A stretch of DNA of 64,000 nt from contig CAZCUR010000003.1 in NCBI GenBank assembly GCA_964501815.1, positions 11,380-75,379 on the forward strand. Reading direction: 5' to 3'. The first letter of the stretch is position 1. Each line of letters begins with the position of its first letter. The position numbers and the translations under genes are program-made. The DNA is from an uncultured Geothermobacter sp. Lineage in GTDB: Bacteria; Desulfobacterota; Desulfuromonadia; Desulfuromonadales; Geothermobacteraceae. The notes beneath the pieces were generated by a model, which was not told the DNA's origin, made no database searches, and saw nothing but the letters and a program-made list of their open reading frames with translations. Below, piece after piece: positions 56,189-64,000 of this stretch.

Positions 56189-56953
56189 ATGGCACAGATT
56201 ATTGCGATCGCCAACCAAAAGGGAGGGGTCGGCAAGACGACGACGGCCGTCAACCTGTCAGCATCCCTTGCTGCAGCGGAAAAGAAAACCCTTCTGGTCG
56301 ACATGGACCCCCAGGGGAATGCCACCAGCGGTGTGGGGCTGGACAAGAACGACCTGGAACTGACCATTTATCATGGTCTTCTGGGCGAATGCACGGCCGC
56401 GGAAGTTTTGCGTCCGACCCAGCTGGAGCATCTGTCAGTGATGCCGGCGACTCCGGATCTGATCGGTGCCGAAGTGGAGCTGGTGTCCGCCATTGCCAGG
56501 GAGAAGAAGCTCAAGGCGCTGCTCACAGAGGTCGAGGATGAATTCGATTATATTCTCATCGATTGTCCTCCGTCTCTCGGGCTTCTGACCGTCAATGCCC
56601 TGACAGCGGCGAACAAGGTCCTGATCCCCATGCAGTGCGAGTATTACGCCATGGAGGGATTGAGCCAACTGCTCAATACCATCTCATTGATCCGGCAGGA
56701 GCTCAATCCCCGTCTGGCTCTTGATTACATCTTGCTGACCATGTTCGACGGTCGCAACAATCTGTCCCACCAGGTCGGTGACGAAATCCGCAATCATTTT
56801 CCGGACCAGTTGTGCCAAACGGTCATCCCGCGCAATATCCGGTTGTCAGAGGCCCCCAGTCATGGCCTGCCGGTTCTCCTCTATGATATTGCTTCCAAAG
56901 GAGCGCAGGCCTATCTCGACCTGGCCCGGGAAATTATTCAGACAGAGGTTTGA
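56189..56953 (+). CDS. parA: Chromosome partitioning ATPase
   Basis: NQKGGVGKTTT, DMDPQGNATSG, IDCPPSLG and PRNIRLSEAPSHG. Confidence 0.96.
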   Translation: MAQIIAIANQKGGVGKTTTAVNLSASLAAAEKKTLLVDMDPQGNATSGVGLDKNDLELTIYHGLLGECTAAEVLRPTQLEHLSVMPATPDLIGAEVELVSAIAREKKLKALLTEVEDEFDYILIDCPPSLGLLTVNALTAANKVLIPMQCEYYAMEGLSQLLNTISLIRQELNPRLALDYILLTMFDGRNNLSHQVGDEIRNHFPDQLCQTVIPRNIRLSEAPSHGLPVLLYDIASKGAQAYLDLAREIIQTEV

Positions 56954-56956
56954 CAA

Positions 56957-57829
56957 ATGGCCAAACGTCCCGCACTCGGCAAGGGCATTGGTGCCCTGAT
57001 CAGCAGCGCTGCAACGTCTTCGACCAGTGACAAGGCCGGATCAAGCAAATATTTTCTGTGTCCCATCGAGGATTTGAAGCCGCACGGCAAACAGCCGCGC
57101 AAGACCTTCGATGACGCCAAAATGGCGGAGCTGGTCGCTTCGATCCGGGAAAAGGGCGTCATTCAACCCCTGGTGGTGCGCAAGCTGGATGACAGTTACC
57201 AGATTATCGCCGGGGAACGCCGCTGGCGTGCCGCCCAAAAGGCGGGGCTCAAGGAAGTTCCCGTGGTCATTCAGGATGTTTCCGAGGACTGGGCCCTGGA
57301 AATGGCCCTGATCGAAAACATCCAGCGGGAAGACCTGAATCCCATCGAGGAAGCGGAAGCCTACCGGCACCTGATGGAAGCGTTCGATCTGTCCCAGGAG
57401 GAAGTGGCCAAACGTGTCGGCCGGGAACGGTCGACGGTGGCCAATATGCTGCGCCTGCTCAAGCTGCCCGGTCAGGTCCGCAGTGACGTGATTTCCGGCG
57501 ATTTGACCATGGGTCATGCCCGTGCCTTGCTGGGTCTGGAGGAAGAGGAAGATATCCTCGAGGCCCGGGACCAGGTGATCGCCCGCAAACTTTCGGTGCG
57601 TGAATGTGAGGCCCTGGTCAAAAAAATCAAAACCTTCGGCAAACCGAACCGCGACAAGACCGAACCTGCGCCGGTGGACCCGGAGCTGAAGCGGTTGGAA
57701 GAGGAGCTGAAGCGCGCCCTGGGAACCCAGGTGCGCCTGCAGCCGCGCGGCAAGGGTGGCAAGCTGGAAATAACCTATTTTTCGCCAGAGGAACTTGAGC
57801 GCATCCTGGCCATTTTGGGTGTGGAATAG
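56957..57829 (+). CDS. parB: Chromosome partitioning protein
   Basis: LGKGIGAL, QPRKTF, IIAGERRWRA, ENIQREDLNPIEEA and HTH RERSTVANMLRL. Confidence 0.96.
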   Translation: MAKRPALGKGIGALISSAATSSTSDKAGSSKYFLCPIEDLKPHGKQPRKTFDDAKMAELVASIREKGVIQPLVVRKLDDSYQIIAGERRWRAAQKAGLKEVPVVIQDVSEDWALEMALIENIQREDLNPIEEAEAYRHLMEAFDLSQEEVAKRVGRERSTVANMLRLLKLPGQVRSDVISGDLTMGHARALLGLEEEEDILEARDQVIARKLSVRECEALVKKIKTFGKPNRDKTEPAPVDPELKRLEEELKRALGTQVRLQPRGKGGKLEITYFSPEELERILAILGVE

Positions 57830-57850
57830 AGCGGGCTGGACAGGTAAAGG

Positions 57851-58231
57851 ATGAAGATGAAAAAGTCACAGACGCCCGAAAAAGGTGATATCAGGGCCTT
57901 TCTTGGACCGGGCAGCAGTTTCGAAGGCAAGCTGGTCTTTGACGAGATCGTCCGTATCGACGGGCGTTTCAAGGGTGAAATCGTCAGCAGGGATACCCTT
58001 ATTGTCGGCAGCGACGCGGATATCGAAGCTGAAATAGAGGTCGGCACCCTGGTCCTTTCGGGGCGGTACAAGGGCAATGTCCGCGCCGCCACCAAAGTCG
58101 ACTTGCGCGCCCCGGCACAGGTTGAAGGGCATATCACCACACCCGTGCTTGTGGTTGAAGAAGGGGTGCTGCTCAATGCCCAGTTGCAGATGGGCGATAC
58201 CGTAGCTGCCAAATCAACTGGGGAAAAATAG
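57851..58231 (+). CDS. Bactofilin (polymer-forming cytoskeletal protein)
   Basis: AFLGPGSSFEGKL...IDGRFKGEI...LIVG...IEAEI...G.V.A beta-helix repeats. Confidence 0.88.
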   Translation: MKMKKSQTPEKGDIRAFLGPGSSFEGKLVFDEIVRIDGRFKGEIVSRDTLIVGSDADIEAEIEVGTLVLSGRYKGNVRAATKVDLRAPAQVEGHITTPVLVVEEGVLLNAQLQMGDTVAAKSTGEK

Positions 58232-58324
58232 CCGGACAGGGTGGTATGGGTAACGGCCCGGAGGCGGGATGATGCGTCCGGGCGCTGTTGCGGATTTTTC
58301 TGCAACGGATGGCAAAACAGCGTC

Positions 58325-58354
58325 TTGACAGCCGTCGGGGCCTGTGTTTAGTAT
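58325..58354 (+). promoter_or_regulatory. Candidate sigma-70 promoter of the atp operon
   Basis: TTGACA-N18-TAGTAT in the intergenic region upstream of atpF'. Confidence 0.5.
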
Positions 58355-58449
58355 TCGCTGATTTGCCGCGACGGCTTTTTTTTAATCCCCGGCGGACTTG
58401 TATACTGTATACCAGCCGGAAATGAGACGGCCAGAACAGAGGTTGACCC

Positions 58450-58878
58450 GTGATAAGTATCGATCTGACGCTCGTTATCCAGTTTATCAACTTCATCATC
58501 CTCATGGTGCTGCTCAACCTGATCCTTTTCCGACCCCTGCGTCGTGTTTTGCAGGAACGTCGGGAATTGATCGAGGGCGGCAAGGCAAGAGCCGAGGAGC
58601 TTGAGACCGCCATTCAGGAAAAGCTCGCCCGCTACGAGGAGCAGCTTCAGGAGGCGCGTCTGAAAGGGAGCCAGGAGCGTGCGCAACTGCGTCAGGCGGC
58701 CCAGGAGGAAGAGGCCAAAATCCTTGCTGCGGCACATGACGAAGCGAATACCAGCCTGAAGAAAATCAAGGAACAGGTTGCGGCGGAGGCGGAAACGGCT
58801 CGTCAGGCTCTGCAGGCCGAAACCGAGGCCATTGCCGCCCAGATAGCCAGCCGGGTTCTTGGGAGGTCCCTGTCGTGA
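58450..58878 (+). CDS. atpF: ATP synthase F0 subunit b'
   Basis: GTG start, DLTLVIQFINFIILMVLLNLILFRPL followed by a coiled coil. Confidence 0.9.
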   Translation: MISIDLTLVIQFINFIILMVLLNLILFRPLRRVLQERRELIEGGKARAEELETAIQEKLARYEEQLQEARLKGSQERAQLRQAAQEEEAKILAAAHDEANTSLKKIKEQVAAEAETARQALQAETEAIAAQIASRVLGRSLS

Positions 58879-59459
58879 AACAAAAGAGCATCAAGACATT
58901 GCTGTTGAGCACAGCTCTGGTTCTTCTCTGCGTCGGTGCTGCGGTCGCTTCCGGCGGCGAGCACCATGCCGACAGTGGGGTTCTGCTCAAGGACTTCCTC
59001 TGGCGCTGCCTGAATTTCGCCGTCACCATCGGTTTGCTGGCTTATTTTGTGACCAAGCCGATGCGCAAAGGGCTGGCCGGTCGCACGGAACAGATTGCGG
59101 CCAGTCTGGAAGAGGCGGAAAAACTGCGCACGGAGGCTGAGGCCCGTTACGCCGAGATAGAGAAAAAGCTGGCGAATGCCAGTGAGCAGATTGCGACCAT
59201 CCAGCAGGAACTGCGCGCCGACGGTGAGCGGGAGAAGGAGAAGATTCTGGCCGAAGCCAGGGCTATGGCTGAAAAAATCCGCAGCGAAGCGCAGAAGTCG
59301 GCGGAAATGGAAATCGCCCGTGCCCGCAGACAGTTGCAGGCCGAGGCTTCGCGCATGGCCGTGGAGATCGCAGAGAAGCTGCTGCGGGAAAAATGCGAGG
59401 ACAGCGATCAGGTTCGTCTGGTCGATGAATACATTCAGAAGGTGGGAGAACTACATTGA
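58875..59459 (+). CDS. atpF: ATP synthase F0 subunit b with signal-like N-terminal extension
   Basis: FLWRCLNFAVTIGLLAYFVTKP TM segment plus coiled coil. Confidence 0.9.
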   Translation: MKQKSIKTLLLSTALVLLCVGAAVASGGEHHADSGVLLKDFLWRCLNFAVTIGLLAYFVTKPMRKGLAGRTEQIAASLEEAEKLRTEAEARYAEIEKKLANASEQIATIQQELRADGEREKEKILAEARAMAEKIRSEAQKSAEMEIARARRQLQAEASRMAVEIAEKLLREKCEDSDQVRLVDEYIQKVGELH

Positions 59460-59998
59460 GTAGCAGTGCTGTTGCCAAACGTTACGCCCGAGCCCTGGTC
59501 GGAATCGGCGCAGAGCGGAAACTGGTGGAACAGTTTGACGAGGAGCTGACAAAGGTGCGCGAAGCCTTTGCTTCGGAGGCCTTTTTGCGCCTGCTTCTGG
59601 AAAGCCCCACCTTCCCGCTCGCCAAAAAGAAGGCGATTCTGGCCGACCTGGTTGAAACGCTCAAGCTGTCGGATGGAATGAGAGCTTTTCTTGGCTTGCT
59701 GCTGGAGAAGGACCGTATCGGTTTTCTCGAGCAGATTGCTGAAATGTATCGTCATTTGGCGGATGATCTGGCCGGTGTCCAGCGGGCCCGGGTTATCAGT
59801 GCCGTGGCCCTTGACGACAGGCAGCAGCAGGCCATCCGCCAGAGTCTGGAGAAGCAGACCGGCAAAACCATTGAGCTGACCGTCGACGTCAACCCGGAGC
59901 TGATTGGAGGCATCCAGGTCGAAATCGCCGGCCGCCTGTTTGACGCCAGCCTGAAGACACAGCTGAAACGCATTGAAGATACCTTAAAAAAGGGGTGA
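59456..59998 (+). CDS. atpH: ATP synthase F1 delta
   Basis: VAKRYARAL, LLEKDRI and VNPELIGGI...DASLKTQL. Confidence 0.95.
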   Translation: MSSSAVAKRYARALVGIGAERKLVEQFDEELTKVREAFASEAFLRLLLESPTFPLAKKKAILADLVETLKLSDGMRAFLGLLLEKDRIGFLEQIAEMYRHLADDLAGVQRARVISAVALDDRQQQAIRQSLEKQTGKTIELTVDVNPELIGGIQVEIAGRLFDASLKTQLKRIEDTLKKG

Positions 59999-61516
<1,518 letters not shown>

Positions 61517-61541
61517 TAACATTCGGCAAAAGGTGGGATAA

Positions 61542-63868
<2,327 letters not shown>

Positions 63869-63895
63869 TAGGGCCTTGCCCAGAGGATAGAGCCC

Positions 63896-64000
63896 ATGGC
63901 AGAAAGACTGACACTGGAACTGGTCACCCCGTATAAACGGGTTCTCACGGCGGAAGTCGATGAGGTTACCTTGCCCGGGAGCATGGGGGAGTTGGGGATC
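63896..64000 (+). CDS. atpC: ATP synthase F1 epsilon, 3' truncated
   Basis: MAERLTLELVTPYKRVLTAEVDEVTLPGSMGELGI runs off the window end. Confidence 0.92.
   Translation, partial: MAERLTLELVTPYKRVLTAEVDEVTLPGSMGELGI

Overview
High-GC bacterial chromosome segment. Gene content and order point to Desulfuromonadales or Geobacter-like deltaproteobacteria (inference). About 1-20.7 kb is a nitrogen-fixation and nitrogen-control island: nifN (5' truncated), an IscU-like/NifQ fusion, a TauE/SafE transporter, nifB, a NifX-like gene, fdxB, nifX, nifKDH, a GNAT, two small unknown ORFs, draG/draT, a porin-amtB-glnK operon, a GAF-PAS kinase with an ANTAR response regulator (GnfK/GnfR-like), arginase and an ArgZ/AgrE-type ornithine cyclodeaminase. 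Three sigma-54 promoters and several ANTAR-type hairpins overlapping intrinsic terminators (nifH, glnK, nifB) are readable in the sequence. Most nif intergenic gaps hold short palindromic elements that I group into four families. From 20.8 to 64 kb the window is housekeeping: bioA, a CBS antiporter, tol-pal, folE2/queC, pyk, PBP1A, nth, gpsA, gyrA-gyrB-recF-dnaN-dnaA, the origin (DnaA boxes plus a DnaA-trio unwinding element), rpmH-rnpA-yidD-yidC-jag-mnmE, parS, mnmG-rsmG-parA-parB, a bactofilin and atpF'FHAGDC (3' truncated). Two satellite DnaA-box clusters with identical spacing lie about 10 and 18 kb from the origin. I saw no rRNA, tRNA, CRISPR array, transposase or prophage. All product calls come from motif recognition, with no database search.
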